This document shows positions 1 through 10,191 of a stretch of DNA of 64,000 nt, one piece after another. The notes under the pieces were generated by a model. That model saw only the letters and a list, made by a program, of their open reading frames with translations. It did not search any database and had not been told where the DNA came from. This stretch comes from an uncultured delta proteobacterium (GTDB lineage Bacteria > Desulfobacterota > Zymogenia > Zymogenales > Zymogenaceae): positions 64,001-128,000 of the forward strand of contig CAWBYW010000007.1 of NCBI GenBank assembly GCA_963792965.1. Direction: 5' to 3'. Position numbers and translations under genes: made by a program. Position 1 is the first letter of the stretch. The number at the start of each line of letters is the position of its first letter.

Positions 1-1510
1 TGAGACGGTTACCGGAGGCGTTGTTGATGCTGTCGTTGACATATTTGATTCTTTCTGGGCTGAGCTTATAGGGGAGGTAATACTCCGTGACGTAGCTATT
101 GATGATCTTTCGCGCTTTCATGCGTGCGATGAGGAGGGCGGGATCGACAGTGATTCGTCCCGGGTCGGCCGATGCCAGAAAATATGCCGTTTCCCCGGGG
201 ACAACCGCCGTGTGGGGGAAGACAGCGCCGAGCGTGAGCGCGATGCTCCTCAGAAACGAGGCCAACGCCGGACTGATGATCTCCTCCGAGGAGCCGACCG
301 AGATCGAAAAGACGCCCCCGGGCGACAGCACCCTTCTTGTCTCCATGAAGAACTCGCGGGTGAAGTACCGGTTGATGCGGGCGCTGACGGGATCGGCCAT
401 GTTCACGATGATGACGTCGTAGCGCTCGTCGGTCTTCTTAATAAAGAGGCGTCCGTCCGTGTGGATGACGCGAACACGTTTATCCCCGAGGGGCCTGACC
501 GCCTCCGGGGGCAGGCGCCTCTTGCCGAGGTCGACGAGGGACGGATCGAGCTCAACGTAATCGACGCGCGCAACCGAGGGGTGCTTGAGTATCTGGGTCA
601 GGGTCGAAGAGATCCCTCCACCGACCAGCAGCACGCGCACGGGCCTCGGATGCATCAGCATGGGGTAGATGACCCGCTCCTCCGTGGTCATCAGATCGGG
701 GTAGGTAAACGAGAGAACCCCGTTGTCGTAAAAGGTGATCTGGCTTTGGGCTTTCGTCACGGTGATGTTGCCATAGATCGAGTCGATGGACTCGAGAATC
801 GAAAAGTCCTTCCACTGAAACCGCCGCGTCATCTCTTCGATGTCGGGGACGGGGGATAAGAGCTGGGTGAGAAAAAAGACCGAAACCACCGCAGAAAAGA
901 GAATAGTAATGCCTCGTCGGTCGATCACCGAGAAGAAAAATGCCGCGCAGGACAGAAATAAGGCGATAATCCATGATATGGACAGTGCATCGAAGTATCG
1001 GATGAGGACGAGGCTCGTGATAATGCCGCCGACCGACGAGCCGATGGATTCCATCAGATAGATTGTGGCCGGCCGTGTGCCTGATCCTTCCTCTTTTGTA
1101 TCGGCGGCCGCCGCGCGGATGAACAACGGGAACAGGCACCCCGAGAGGAGACAGAAGGGCATGAGGACTACACCGACGACGAGGATCATAGCGCCCATCC
1201 CGACGATCTCACCCTGCGATATCCCCATGAGGCCCTTACTGATGCGGGCAAGCGCAACGGTCAGCGGGAGCAGGAGACCGAGGATGAGGAGGAATATTGG
1301 GAGGGCACGGGGGCGGACAGGGGCCTTCCCGGCGATGACGGTGCCGAGGTAGCCGCCGGCCGCCGTCCACAGGAGCCATGTCAAAAGGCAGATACCCGTG
1401 GAGAGCTCGTTGCCATAAAAGAGGACCATGATCTCCCGCATGAGGATGATCTGGCCGGCAATTGATGCGACCCCGAGCATGATCGCACCGCTGTGTGCGC
1501 GTTGGTTCAT
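1..1510 (-). CDS. Fused membrane (MFS-like)/spermidine synthase-like SAM-binding protein, 3' end runs off the window
   Basis: Absent from the ORF track; manual minus-strand translation from ATG 1510 gives [39 protein letters not shown] (hydrophobic segments) and later ...DSIYGNITV...[17 protein letters not shown]...[14 protein letters not shown], the SpeE-like fold. Confidence 0.85.
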   Translation of the reverse strand, partial: MNQRAHSGAIMLGVASIAGQIILMREIMVLFYGNELSTGICLLTWLLWTAAGGYLGTVIAGKAPVRPRALPIFLLILGLLLPLTVALARISKGLMGISQGEIVGMGAMILVVGVVLMPFCLLSGCLFPLFIRAAAADTKEEGSGTRPATIYLMESIGSSVGGIITSLVLIRYFDALSISWIIALFLSCAAFFFSVIDRRGITILFSAVVSVFFLTQLLSPVPDIEEMTRRFQWKDFSILESIDSIYGNITVTKAQSQITFYDNGVLSFTYPDLMTTEERVIYPMLMHPRPVRVLLVGGGISSTLTQILKHPSVARVDYVELDPSLVDLGKRRLPPEAVRPLGDKRVRVIHTDGRLFIKKTDERYDVIIVNMADPVSARINRYFTREFFMETRRVLSPGGVFSISVGSSEEIISPALASFLRSIALTLGAVFPHTAVVPGETAYFLASADPGRITVDPALLIARMKARKIINSYVTEYYLPYKLSPERIKYVNDSINNASGNRL

Positions 1511-1700
1511 TGAGCTCTCTCAGGTTTTTTTATTGTATCATGGATTGATGAAGGGCCGGGGAAAAACATCCGGCCGATGGGGAGAAGATCAACAATTACC
1601 CTTGCAAAAAAGGACAGAATATGATAACTATTCACCTTTAAGCGGAACAGCGGGCCGAAGGCCGGCAGAGAGTACGAGTGACGGAGAAGACAGATCGACG

Positions 1701-4196
1701 ATGAAAAAATATGAACCGGCCGCCTTAGAGGCGCGGTGGCAGAAATACTGGGAAGATAAGAAAGTATTCAGGTCCTTAGAGGACCCGAAGAAAGAGAAAT
1801 ACTACGTGCTGGAGATGTTTCCCTACCCTTCAGGTCGGATTCACATGGGGCACGTGCGCAATTACAGCATCACGGACCTGGTCGCCCGCTACAAGATGAT
1901 GCGGGGCTATAACGTGTTGCACCCCATGGGGTGGGACGCCTTCGGGATGCCCGCGGAAAACGCCGCCATCCAGAAGGGGATGCACCCCGCCGCCTTTACC
2001 TACGAAAACATCGACTACATGAAAAAGCAGCTCAAGGCGATGGGCTTTTCGTACGACTGGGACCGCGAGCTTGCGACCTGCGACCCTGAATATTACCGGT
2101 GGGAACAGTGGCTCTTCCTCAAGATGCTCGAGGCGGGGCTCGCCTATCAGAAGAAATCCTTCGTCAACTGGTGCAATGTCTGCCAGACGGTGCTCGCCAA
2201 CGAGCAGGTCATCTCAGGCCGGTGCTGGCGGTGCGACAACGAGGTGACCCAGCGGGAGATCAGGGGCTGGTTCTTCAAGATCACGGAATACGCCGAGGAC
2301 CTTCTGGAGTACCTGGAACGGCTACCCGGCTGGCCCGAGCGGGTCCTCACCATGCAGAGAAACTGGATCGGCAAGAGCTTTGGTGCCGAGATCAGGTTCC
2401 CGCTGAAAGACAAGGAGGGTTTCATCCCGGTCTTCACGACGCGTCAGGACACCGTCTTCGGGGCGACCTTTATGGTGCTGGCCCCGGAGCATCCGCTCAC
2501 CATCGAGCTGTCGCGGGGGACCCCCGAGGAGAAGAAGGTTGACGCCTTCGTCGACCGGATGCTCAAGACCGACAAGATCAAGCGCTCGTCGGAGGACTAC
2601 GAAAAGGAAGGCGTCTTCGTCGGGGCTTACTGCAAAAACCCCTTCACCGGGCGCGAGATGCCGGTCTTTGCGGCGAACTTCGCCCTCATGGAGTACGGCA
2701 CGGGGGCCGTCATGGCCGTCCCGGCCCACGACGAGAGGGACTTCGAATTTGCTAAGAAATACAGCCTGCCCGTCATCGTCGTCATCACACCTGAAGAAAA
2801 GGCACTCGTCGCCGAAAAGATGAACGAGGCTTACGTCGAAGACGGGATCCTCGTCAACTCCGGCCCCTTTGACGGAATGCGGAACCGCGCCGCCATGGAC
2901 GCTATTATCGACGAGCTTGAAAAGCGGGGACTCGGGAAACGTACGGTCAACTATCGGCTGCGAGACTGGGGGATTTCCCGCCAACGCTACTGGGGGGCGC
3001 CGATCCCCATCGTCTACTGCGAGAAATGCGGCGTTGTGCCGGTACCGGAAGCGGATCTGCCGGTGCTCTTGCCGCTCGACGTTCAGGTCACGGGGCAGGG
3101 GGGATCGCCCCTGGAGCAGTACGAGCCGTTCGTGAAGACCCAGTGCCCGATATGCAAGGAGCCCGCGCGGCGCGAGACCGATACGATGGACACCTTCGTC
3201 GAATCGTCGTGGTACTACGCCCGGTACTCCTGTCCGGACTATGATAAGGGGATGGTCGAAAAGAAACGGGTCGACTACTGGCTTCCCGTGGACCAGTATA
3301 TCGGGGGCATCGAGCACGCGATCCTGCATCTCCTCTACTCCCGGTTCTACAGCCGCATCATGGAGCGCTTCGGTCTGGTTACGTATAAAGAGCCGTTCAC
3401 CCGGCTCCTCACCCAGGGCATGGTGATCAAGGAAGGGGCCAAGATGAGCAAGTCGAAGGGAAACGTCGTCGACCCGGACGATATGGTGAAAAAGTACGGG
3501 GCCGATACGACGCGTCTCTTCATGCTCTTTGCGTCGCCTCCCGAAAAAGAGCTCGAGTGGAGCGATCAGGGGATAGATGGATCGTACCGATTCCTCGGCC
3601 GACTCTGGCGGATCATCGCCGACAACATGACGCTTATCGGTAAGGTCAAGGGGCCCTCCGGAGACGGGAGGGTGGGGATGACCGATCGGGGGATCAGGTT
3701 GCGCCGTAAAACACACCAGACCATCAGAAAGGTGACGGAAGACATCGAGGAGCGCTTTCATTTCAATACCGCCATCGCCGCCGTCATGGAGCTCGTCAAC
3801 GAGATGTATGCCTTTACCGCCGACACACAACCGATCGGTGGTGCGGACGCGGCCGTATTCAAAGAGGCGGCCGAGGCCGCCGTGCTGTTGCTTTCTCCCG
3901 CGGTCCCCCACATCTCTGAGGAACTATGGGAGATACTCGGCCACCGTCCCTCGATCGTCAGGGAAAAATGGCCGACGTTCGACGAACGACTTGCGAAAGA
4001 GGACGAGATCACCATCGTCGTGCAGGTCAACGGCAAGGTGCGCGGCAGGCTGCTCGTCGGGGCACAGACTCCGGATGACGAGATCAAACAGCAGGCGCTG
4101 GCCGACGAGAAGGTGATGGGATTTATCGAGGGAAAGGATATCCAGAAGGTGGTGGTTGTGCCCAAGAAGCTCGTGAATATCGTGGTGGCCAAGTAA
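1701..4196 (+). CDS. leuS: Leucine--tRNA ligase
   Basis: [13 protein letters not shown] (HIGH-like), [19 protein letters not shown]; start moved to ATG 1701 (MKKYEP). Confidence 0.98.
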   Translation: MKKYEPAALEARWQKYWEDKKVFRSLEDPKKEKYYVLEMFPYPSGRIHMGHVRNYSITDLVARYKMMRGYNVLHPMGWDAFGMPAENAAIQKGMHPAAFTYENIDYMKKQLKAMGFSYDWDRELATCDPEYYRWEQWLFLKMLEAGLAYQKKSFVNWCNVCQTVLANEQVISGRCWRCDNEVTQREIRGWFFKITEYAEDLLEYLERLPGWPERVLTMQRNWIGKSFGAEIRFPLKDKEGFIPVFTTRQDTVFGATFMVLAPEHPLTIELSRGTPEEKKVDAFVDRMLKTDKIKRSSEDYEKEGVFVGAYCKNPFTGREMPVFAANFALMEYGTGAVMAVPAHDERDFEFAKKYSLPVIVVITPEEKALVAEKMNEAYVEDGILVNSGPFDGMRNRAAMDAIIDELEKRGLGKRTVNYRLRDWGISRQRYWGAPIPIVYCEKCGVVPVPEADLPVLLPLDVQVTGQGGSPLEQYEPFVKTQCPICKEPARRETDTMDTFVESSWYYARYSCPDYDKGMVEKKRVDYWLPVDQYIGGIEHAILHLLYSRFYSRIMERFGLVTYKEPFTRLLTQGMVIKEGAKMSKSKGNVVDPDDMVKKYGADTTRLFMLFASPPEKELEWSDQGIDGSYRFLGRLWRIIADNMTLIGKVKGPSGDGRVGMTDRGIRLRRKTHQTIRKVTEDIEERFHFNTAIAAVMELVNEMYAFTADTQPIGGADAAVFKEAAEAAVLLLSPAVPHISEELWEILGHRPSIVREKWPTFDERLAKEDEITIVVQVNGKVRGRLLVGAQTPDDEIKQQALADEKVMGFIEGKDIQKVVVVPKKLVNIVVAK

Positions 4197-4304
4197 GGCG
4201 AAACACGCTCCGGATGATAGAGGTGCCGCGCGGGCACGGAGAGTGCGCGCGGCGGTTTTATTCGATACACTTTTTCAGCCGTTAAACCGGCATGGGGTCA
4301 TGCT

Positions 4305-4829
4305 ATGAACACCATACAAAAAACGGTGAAGGTTTGCATCACCCTTGTGGTCGTCGGCGCCCTCTGTGGGTGCGGTTATGCCATTGTCAACACGAAGGCG
4401 CAGCTCCCGCCGGACGTCAGGAAGGTCTATATCCCGTCATTCATTAACCTGACGGACGAGCCGAGTATCGGGGTCATCATGTCCTCCGCGCTGATACGCG
4501 AGATACTGAAATCCGGGGCGCTGGTTCCGGTGGCCAAAGAGGACGCGGATGCCGATCTGATCGGGACGGTTAAGTCGATCAACTATTACAACCGTGTATA
4601 TAACGCGAACGATAAGGCCGTCCTCGTGACGGCGACCGTGGACGCGTCGGTCAAGCTCATGAAAAAGAGCGGGGAAGTAGTCTGGGAAGTCCCCGATCTC
4701 GTCTACAGCGATGATTTCACTATTGGGAGTACCATGCTTGTGCTTGACGCGGACAAGGAATTAGTCCTTGAGTCTATCGCCAAGGAAATCGCGATGGAAT
4801 TTCACGATCGGCTCGTATTTGGATACTGA
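4305..4829 (+). CDS. lptE: LPS assembly lipoprotein LptE-like
   Basis: Lipobox LCGC followed by GY; canonical leuS-lptE-holA order. Confidence 0.8.
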   Translation: MNTIQKTVKVCITLVVVGALCGCGYAIVNTKAQLPPDVRKVYIPSFINLTDEPSIGVIMSSALIREILKSGALVPVAKEDADADLIGTVKSINYYNRVYNANDKAVLVTATVDASVKLMKKSGEVVWEVPDLVYSDDFTIGSTMLVLDADKELVLESIAKEIAMEFHDRLVFGY

Positions 4830-4940
4830 TCTCCTTCCTTGCGGGAGGGCGATCGGGGTGACGTCTTTCGGGATATTCGGGCTCGATCGGGAAGGAGCTC
4901 ACTGTCCCGGCGGACGTAGGGAAATCTATCTTCGCATTGG

Positions 4941-6017
4941 ATGCCGATGACACGGTTATACGCGTCTCTTAAAGAGCTCGACCGGGACTTAAAGGACGGG
5001 AAATTTAGCCCCGTCTATTTTTTTTACGGCGAGAACGATTTCCTGATCCGTGAATACGAGGAACGTCTGTCCGGGGCGGCGCTTGCGGGTGGAGGGTTGT
5101 TCGGGGAGCTGTTGTGCAGCGTTTTTTACGCCGGCGATAATACGGCGACCGAGGTATTGAACGCGGCCATGACGATCCCCATGGGTGGGGCGCGGAAGGT
5201 TATCGTCTTGCGGGGGGCCGAAAAACTCAAGGCCAAGGAAGCCGATGCGATCGTCACCTACGCGAAGGATCCGTCTCCGAGGACAATTCTCCTTATCGTT
5301 GCGCGGGGTATAGGGAAGGGAAAATGGGTTTCGGGGATTGCCGCTCCGCCCGGGGACAAGCTTACGGAAATTGCCAAGCAAAGCGCGACCGTCTTCTTTG
5401 CCAAGGCCAGAGAAGTCGACGTACGCGAGTGGGTGATCAAACGGTTCCAGGCGGAGGGCAAAGAAATCGATCATGAGGCGCTTGACGTTATCATCGATTT
5501 CATCGGGCAGGATCTCTCGGCGGTATCGATGGAGGTCGAGAAACTCCTCATATACTTAGGGGAAGCCGGGCGGGCAAGCCTTTCGGACGTGGAGGAGGTC
5601 CTTCCCTATCTTCGCGTGCATACGGTCTTCGAGCTGACCGACGCACTCTCGAGGGGAGACCTTGCGGCTTCCGTCGAAATGCTGCGGGAGGTAATGTCCG
5701 AAGGGGCCGAATACACGCAGGTTCTCTCAACGATACGCTGGCACTTTATGAGGCTGTGGACACTGAAGGTGATGCTGGATGAAGGAGTTCAGGAGGGGAC
5801 GATTTCCAGGGATCTAAGAATACCGTCGTTTCGTCTTGCGGAGTATGTATCGCAGGCGCACAGGATCCCGCACGAGATACTCCGCAGGGTTTTTCGGGAG
5901 TTCTATAAAACCGACAGGCTGTTAAAATCGAGGTCCGGAAAAGGCACAGTGGTGATGGATAAGATGGTTCAGGACATCACCGCTATGATGCGGACAGGGC
6001 GTTATACTTCCGCGTGA
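4941..6017 (+). CDS. holA: DNA polymerase III delta subunit
   Basis: FSPVYFFYGENDFL, EVEKLLIY, VFELTDAL motifs; synteny with lptE and rpsT. Start may be 4947. Confidence 0.92.
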   Translation: MPMTRLYASLKELDRDLKDGKFSPVYFFYGENDFLIREYEERLSGAALAGGGLFGELLCSVFYAGDNTATEVLNAAMTIPMGGARKVIVLRGAEKLKAKEADAIVTYAKDPSPRTILLIVARGIGKGKWVSGIAAPPGDKLTEIAKQSATVFFAKAREVDVREWVIKRFQAEGKEIDHEALDVIIDFIGQDLSAVSMEVEKLLIYLGEAGRASLSDVEEVLPYLRVHTVFELTDALSRGDLAASVEMLREVMSEGAEYTQVLSTIRWHFMRLWTLKVMLDEGVQEGTISRDLRIPSFRLAEYVSQAHRIPHEILRRVFREFYKTDRLLKSRSGKGTVVMDKMVQDITAMMRTGRYTSA

Positions 6018-6252
6018 GGCGCGATATCTTGCGGGAGGCGTTCCTCTTGTGGATAACACCCTTGGACGCCGCCTTGCTGATGTAGCTTGAGGCAAGCCTC
6101 AGGTTCTCTTTTGCGGCGTCGGAGTTCTTCTCCTCGACGGTCGTGAGGAATTTTCTGATGAAGGTCTTGATGCTGGTTTTCACATGCCGATTTCTTGCTT
6201 TTCGTTTTTCGCCCTGCAGCATCCGTTTAACGGCAGACGCATGATTTGCCAA
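5983..6252 (-). CDS. rpsT: 30S ribosomal protein S20
   Basis: MANHASAVKR...ASKGVIHKRNASRKISRL; TTG start with GAGGGAG RBS. Confidence 0.97.
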   Translation of the reverse strand: MANHASAVKRMLQGEKRKARNRHVKTSIKTFIRKFLTTVEEKNSDAAKENLRLASSYISKAASKGVIHKRNASRKISRLTRKYNALSAS

Positions 6253-6330
6253 ATCCTGTTTACTCCCTCAATAAAGGTAATTTGTTACTAATACATCTTA
6301 GAGGGTTATTTTGTCAAGGAAATTCTGAAT

Positions 6331-7911
6331 ATGTCTGAAAATTCCCATATGGTCAGGGCCGCAGGCGTCGTCGGAGCGGGCACCCTTGGTAGCCGTATCT
6401 TAGGCTTCATCAGGGACATGGTCATCGCGTTCTTCTTTGGGACGACGGACGCCGCCGACGCCTTCTTCGTAGCCTTCACCATCCCCAATCTGCTCAGGAG
6501 GCTCTTTGCCGAAGGCACCATGACGGTCGCGGTCATTCCCGTCTTTACGGAGAACCTCATCCATAACGGAAAAGAGGAGGCGGTACGAATCGCGCGTATC
6601 ACCATGACCTTTATGGCGATCATACTGACGCTTGCGGTCATTGCGGGGGTCATCTTTTCTCCCGAGATCCTCACGATATTCGCCCCGGGGTTTATACCGA
6701 ATCATGCGAAATGGGAGCTGACGGTTATGCTGACGAGGGTGATGTTTCCCTATATGCTCCTCATATCGCTCTCGGCCCTTGCAATGGGGGTTCTCAACAG
6801 CATGGGCCACTTCTTTTCACCCTCGGCGTCGCCGATGCTCTTTAATCTGGCGATGATCGTTTCGATGCTCGCTATCAGTCCATTCCTGAAGACCCCTATC
6901 CTTGGTCTCGCCCTCGGTGTTGTCATCGGGGGCGTGCTCATGCTGGCGCTGCAGGTACCGTTTCTTATGCAGAAAGGGGTTACTTTTCGGCCCGATTTTC
7001 ATTTCAATCATCCGGCCGTCAAGACGATCCTCAAGCTGATGATCCCGGCGATCTTCGGCGCCTCCATCTACCAGGTCAATGTCGTGGTGGTCAGGTTGCT
7101 CGCCTCCTTTCTGCCGGCGGGGAGCGTCTCTTACCTCTACTACGCCGACAGGCTTGATCAGTTTCCCCTCGGGATCTTCGCCGTAGCCCTCGGAACGGCA
7201 ATCCTCCCCACGATGAGCCGCATGGCCGCGGAAAAGAGGCTGGATGACCTCAAGCGCACCTTCATCGATGGGCTGTCGATGACCCTCTATATCACCATAC
7301 CGGCGGCGGCGGGCCTGGCAATCCTGTCGGTCCCGATCATCAGCGCTCTGTTCTTTCGGGGCGAGTTCAATTACACCTCGGTCCTCATGACGTCACGCGC
7401 CCTGGTTTTCTTTTCCCTCGGGCTTCCCTTCGTCGCGTCGATCAGGGTGCTGGCCAACGGCTTTTATGCCCTCAAGGATACGGCTACCCCCGTAAAGATC
7501 GGAATCGTCTCGATTATCGCCAACATCCTCCTTTCCGTTATCCTTGTGGTCCCCCTTGCCCATGCCGGGCTGGCGCTCGCGGTCTCCCTTGACGCCCTAT
7601 TGAACGCCGTGTTGCTCCTGGTCGTCTTTCGCAGGGTCATGGGGAGGCTCGGCCTCAAGCGACTCCTCATATCGATGACGCGAATGGGGGCCGGCTGCGT
7701 CGTCATGGCGACGACGGCCTGGTGGATCGCCGGATTTACCCGGTGGGACGTTACGGGGAGGAGCGCGGAGAAGACCATCGTGCTGACCGTCGCGATATTA
7801 GGCTCGCTCCTTGTCTACGGGGTCGTGACCCGGCTCATGGGCTCTCGAGAGCTGATGGCGATCGTCGGGCCTTTTATCAAGAAGTACAGAGGAGACAAAG
7901 AGGATCTATGA
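6331..7911 (+). CDS. murJ: Lipid II flippase MurJ (MviN)
   Basis: SRILGFIRD, DAFFVAFTIPNLLRRLFAEG, LYYADRLDQFPLGIF. Confidence 0.96.
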   Translation: MSENSHMVRAAGVVGAGTLGSRILGFIRDMVIAFFFGTTDAADAFFVAFTIPNLLRRLFAEGTMTVAVIPVFTENLIHNGKEEAVRIARITMTFMAIILTLAVIAGVIFSPEILTIFAPGFIPNHAKWELTVMLTRVMFPYMLLISLSALAMGVLNSMGHFFSPSASPMLFNLAMIVSMLAISPFLKTPILGLALGVVIGGVLMLALQVPFLMQKGVTFRPDFHFNHPAVKTILKLMIPAIFGASIYQVNVVVVRLLASFLPAGSVSYLYYADRLDQFPLGIFAVALGTAILPTMSRMAAEKRLDDLKRTFIDGLSMTLYITIPAAAGLAILSVPIISALFFRGEFNYTSVLMTSRALVFFSLGLPFVASIRVLANGFYALKDTATPVKIGIVSIIANILLSVILVVPLAHAGLALAVSLDALLNAVLLLVVFRRVMGRLGLKRLLISMTRMGAGCVVMATTAWWIAGFTRWDVTGRSAEKTIVLTVAILGSLLVYGVVTRLMGSRELMAIVGPFIKKYRGDKEDL

Positions 7912-8466
7912 AGATTCCACACGCGCTCATCGAGACGAGGCTGGGCTGGGCGGGTTTGGTCGCCACCTCGGGGGGTATCGTTCGCTCCGCGCTGCCGACG
8001 AGGACTCGGGAAGGGGCGTTGCGGCAACTTGAGGTGCCGGCGGAGATTGTCGGTCGGTTGGTCGAGCCCCCTCAGGATACCGTGGATCTCATCTCGGCCT
8101 ATTTCCGTGGGGAGCCGGTCGATCTTCTCGGGGATCCCATTGGATCTTACCGGCATCACGGCTTTCAACCGGCGTGTCTACGACGTCCTGCTGACGATCG
8201 GCCGCGGACAGGTGATGACCTATAAGCAGGTCGCCGGGCGCGTCGGTAACTCAAGAGCCGCCCGGGCGGTCGGGGGCGCCGTCGGCCAAAACCCGGTCCC
8301 CCCCATTATCCCGTGCCACCGGGTGGTGGGAACGAGCGGGGATATGGTCGGCTTCTCGCGCGAGGGAGGCCTTGCGTTGAAACGGCGGCTCCTGGCGATG
8401 GAGGGCGTGGCCTTCCGGGGCGATCGGGTCGATCCGGCGGCTCTTACAGCTGTCCAAGGCCTTTGA
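7908..8466 (+). pseudogene. ogt: Methylated-DNA--protein-cysteine methyltransferase split by an apparent 1-bp insertion near 8124
   Basis: N-half MKIPHALIETRLGW...AYFRGEPVD (ATG 7908 overlaps murJ stop) continues in another frame as FSGIPLDL...AARAVGGAVGQNPVPPIIPCHRVV with an intact PCHRV site. May be an intact gene with a sequencing error. Confidence 0.85.
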
Positions 8467-8511
8467 AAGTACGACCCTTTGACGATCCGATGAGGTCAAG
8501 AGGAAAAGGAT

Positions 8512-10032
8512 ATGTTCAGAAAGGCGCTGCTTGATCCGAATACCTTCTGTGTCAACTGGGAGCTGATCCCCGGAAGGGGCTCCCGTGAGCGGCAGCAGGA
8601 AGAGGTGATGCGGTTTGCCGAAGCGGCCGCCCGGTCAAAAAAGATCCACGGCATCGGGCTGACCGATAACCCGGGGGGGGGACCCGCCATCTCGGCGGAG
8701 TTTATGGCGGCCGAGATCGTAAAGCTCGGCATCGAGCCCCTCGTTCACTTTGCCTGCCGCGATAAAAACCGCACTGAGCTGGAAAGCATGCTCTACGCCC
8801 TGTCACGGTGCGAGGCCGATAATCTGCTCATCCTTTCGGGCGACTATCCGACGGACGGGGGCTTCGGGGTCGCGAGGCCCGTCTTTGACGTCGACCCCGT
8901 CCACGTGCTGACATTAACCCGGCGGATGAACGCGGGGCTCGCCTATCAATACATGGGCAAGACGCTCACCCTCCCGCCGACCGACTTCTTCTGTGGGGCG
9001 GCAGTCTCCCCATTCAAGAGCACCGAGGCGGAGCTGATGGGACAGTACTGGAAATTGAAGAAGAAAATCGACGCGGGCGCACGCTTCGTTGTTACCCAGG
9101 TCGGCTACGATGCCCGCAAGCTTCATGAGCTCCTGACCTGGTTGAAAACCGGTGGATACGATATCCCGGTGCTCGCAAATATCTTTGTGCTCACCTATCC
9201 CGCCGCCAAGGCGATGCGCGAGGGGAGGGTGCCGGGCTGCGTGGTGACAGCCCGGTTGCTTTCGATGATCGAGGGAGAGAGGAATGCGCCGGATAAGGGG
9301 AGGGCGGCGCGCCTCACGAGGGCCGCCAAACAGTATGCGATCGCCAAGGGCATGGGATGCGCCGGGGCGCACATCGGGGGACACGGGGTAAACCCGGAGA
9401 TGGTGCTCGAGGTCATCGAGCATGGAGAGGAGCTTTCCCGCGATTGGGAGCGGTACGCAGGAGAATTCGACTTTCCTCAGGCGGGCGGTTTCTATTTCTT
9501 TACGAGGAATAATCGGAGCGGCTTGAACACCGACACGCCGTCCGTGAGGAATCAGAGGCCCGTCTATCCCCCCGGTTACTATTTCTCCCGGGCGGTCCAT
9601 CTCGCCCTTTTCGAGAGGAGGAGCCCGCTTTTCTTTTTGATGCGCCTGGGCGCAAAGGCCGTCGATTCGTCGAGGATCCTCACGGGCATTTTTGCGACGC
9701 TTGAAAACATTACGAAGGTGCTCCTCTACGAATGCCAGAACTGCGGTGACTGCGCCCTCTTCGACTGCGCCTATCTCTGCCCCATGTCGCAGTGCCCCAA
9801 GGGGCAGCGCAACGGGCCCTGCGGAGGCTCGTCGGAGGGATGGTGCGAGGTCTATCCGGGCGAGAAGAAATGCATCTGGGTGAGGGGATACCTAAGGCTC
9901 AAAGGGACGGGCAGCGAGGGTTCCATGGCGGACAATTACGTCCCCCCCTGCGACTGGGCGCTCTGGCGTACGTCGTCGTGGCTCAACTATTTCCTGGGCC
10001 GTGACCATCTCGGCAAGAAGATCGCCGGATAG
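8512..10032 (+). CDS. metF: Methylenetetrahydrofolate reductase fused to C-terminal Cys-rich MetV-like domain
   Basis: TDNPGG, HFACRDKN, LSGDYP, KKIDAGARFVVTQ; C-terminal CQNCGDC...CPMSQCPKGQRNGPCGG...CEV...CIW. Confidence 0.88.
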   Translation: MFRKALLDPNTFCVNWELIPGRGSRERQQEEVMRFAEAAARSKKIHGIGLTDNPGGGPAISAEFMAAEIVKLGIEPLVHFACRDKNRTELESMLYALSRCEADNLLILSGDYPTDGGFGVARPVFDVDPVHVLTLTRRMNAGLAYQYMGKTLTLPPTDFFCGAAVSPFKSTEAELMGQYWKLKKKIDAGARFVVTQVGYDARKLHELLTWLKTGGYDIPVLANIFVLTYPAAKAMREGRVPGCVVTARLLSMIEGERNAPDKGRAARLTRAAKQYAIAKGMGCAGAHIGGHGVNPEMVLEVIEHGEELSRDWERYAGEFDFPQAGGFYFFTRNNRSGLNTDTPSVRNQRPVYPPGYYFSRAVHLALFERRSPLFFLMRLGAKAVDSSRILTGIFATLENITKVLLYECQNCGDCALFDCAYLCPMSQCPKGQRNGPCGGSSEGWCEVYPGEKKCIWVRGYLRLKGTGSEGSMADNYVPPCDWALWRTSSWLNYFLGRDHLGKKIAG

Positions 10033-10191
10033 TGGCGCGGCCGAACAAAGCGCGGAGATGCCCGGCCTCGGGAGGCTATCGGAAGAATTGACGCCTCGGC
10101 TCTGTTTAACGCGTTGCGGCCGACGCTGTCGTGATGATCACGGGATGATCAAAGCGAGGCGCGGCGCGGCGTAAACGGCTAAACCCGGATA

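Noticed and set aside
1511-1700. T-box leader or N-terminal extension for leuS
   Set aside because: Short divergent promoter region with no T-box motif or terminator; the ORF-track extension overlaps the opposite-strand gene.
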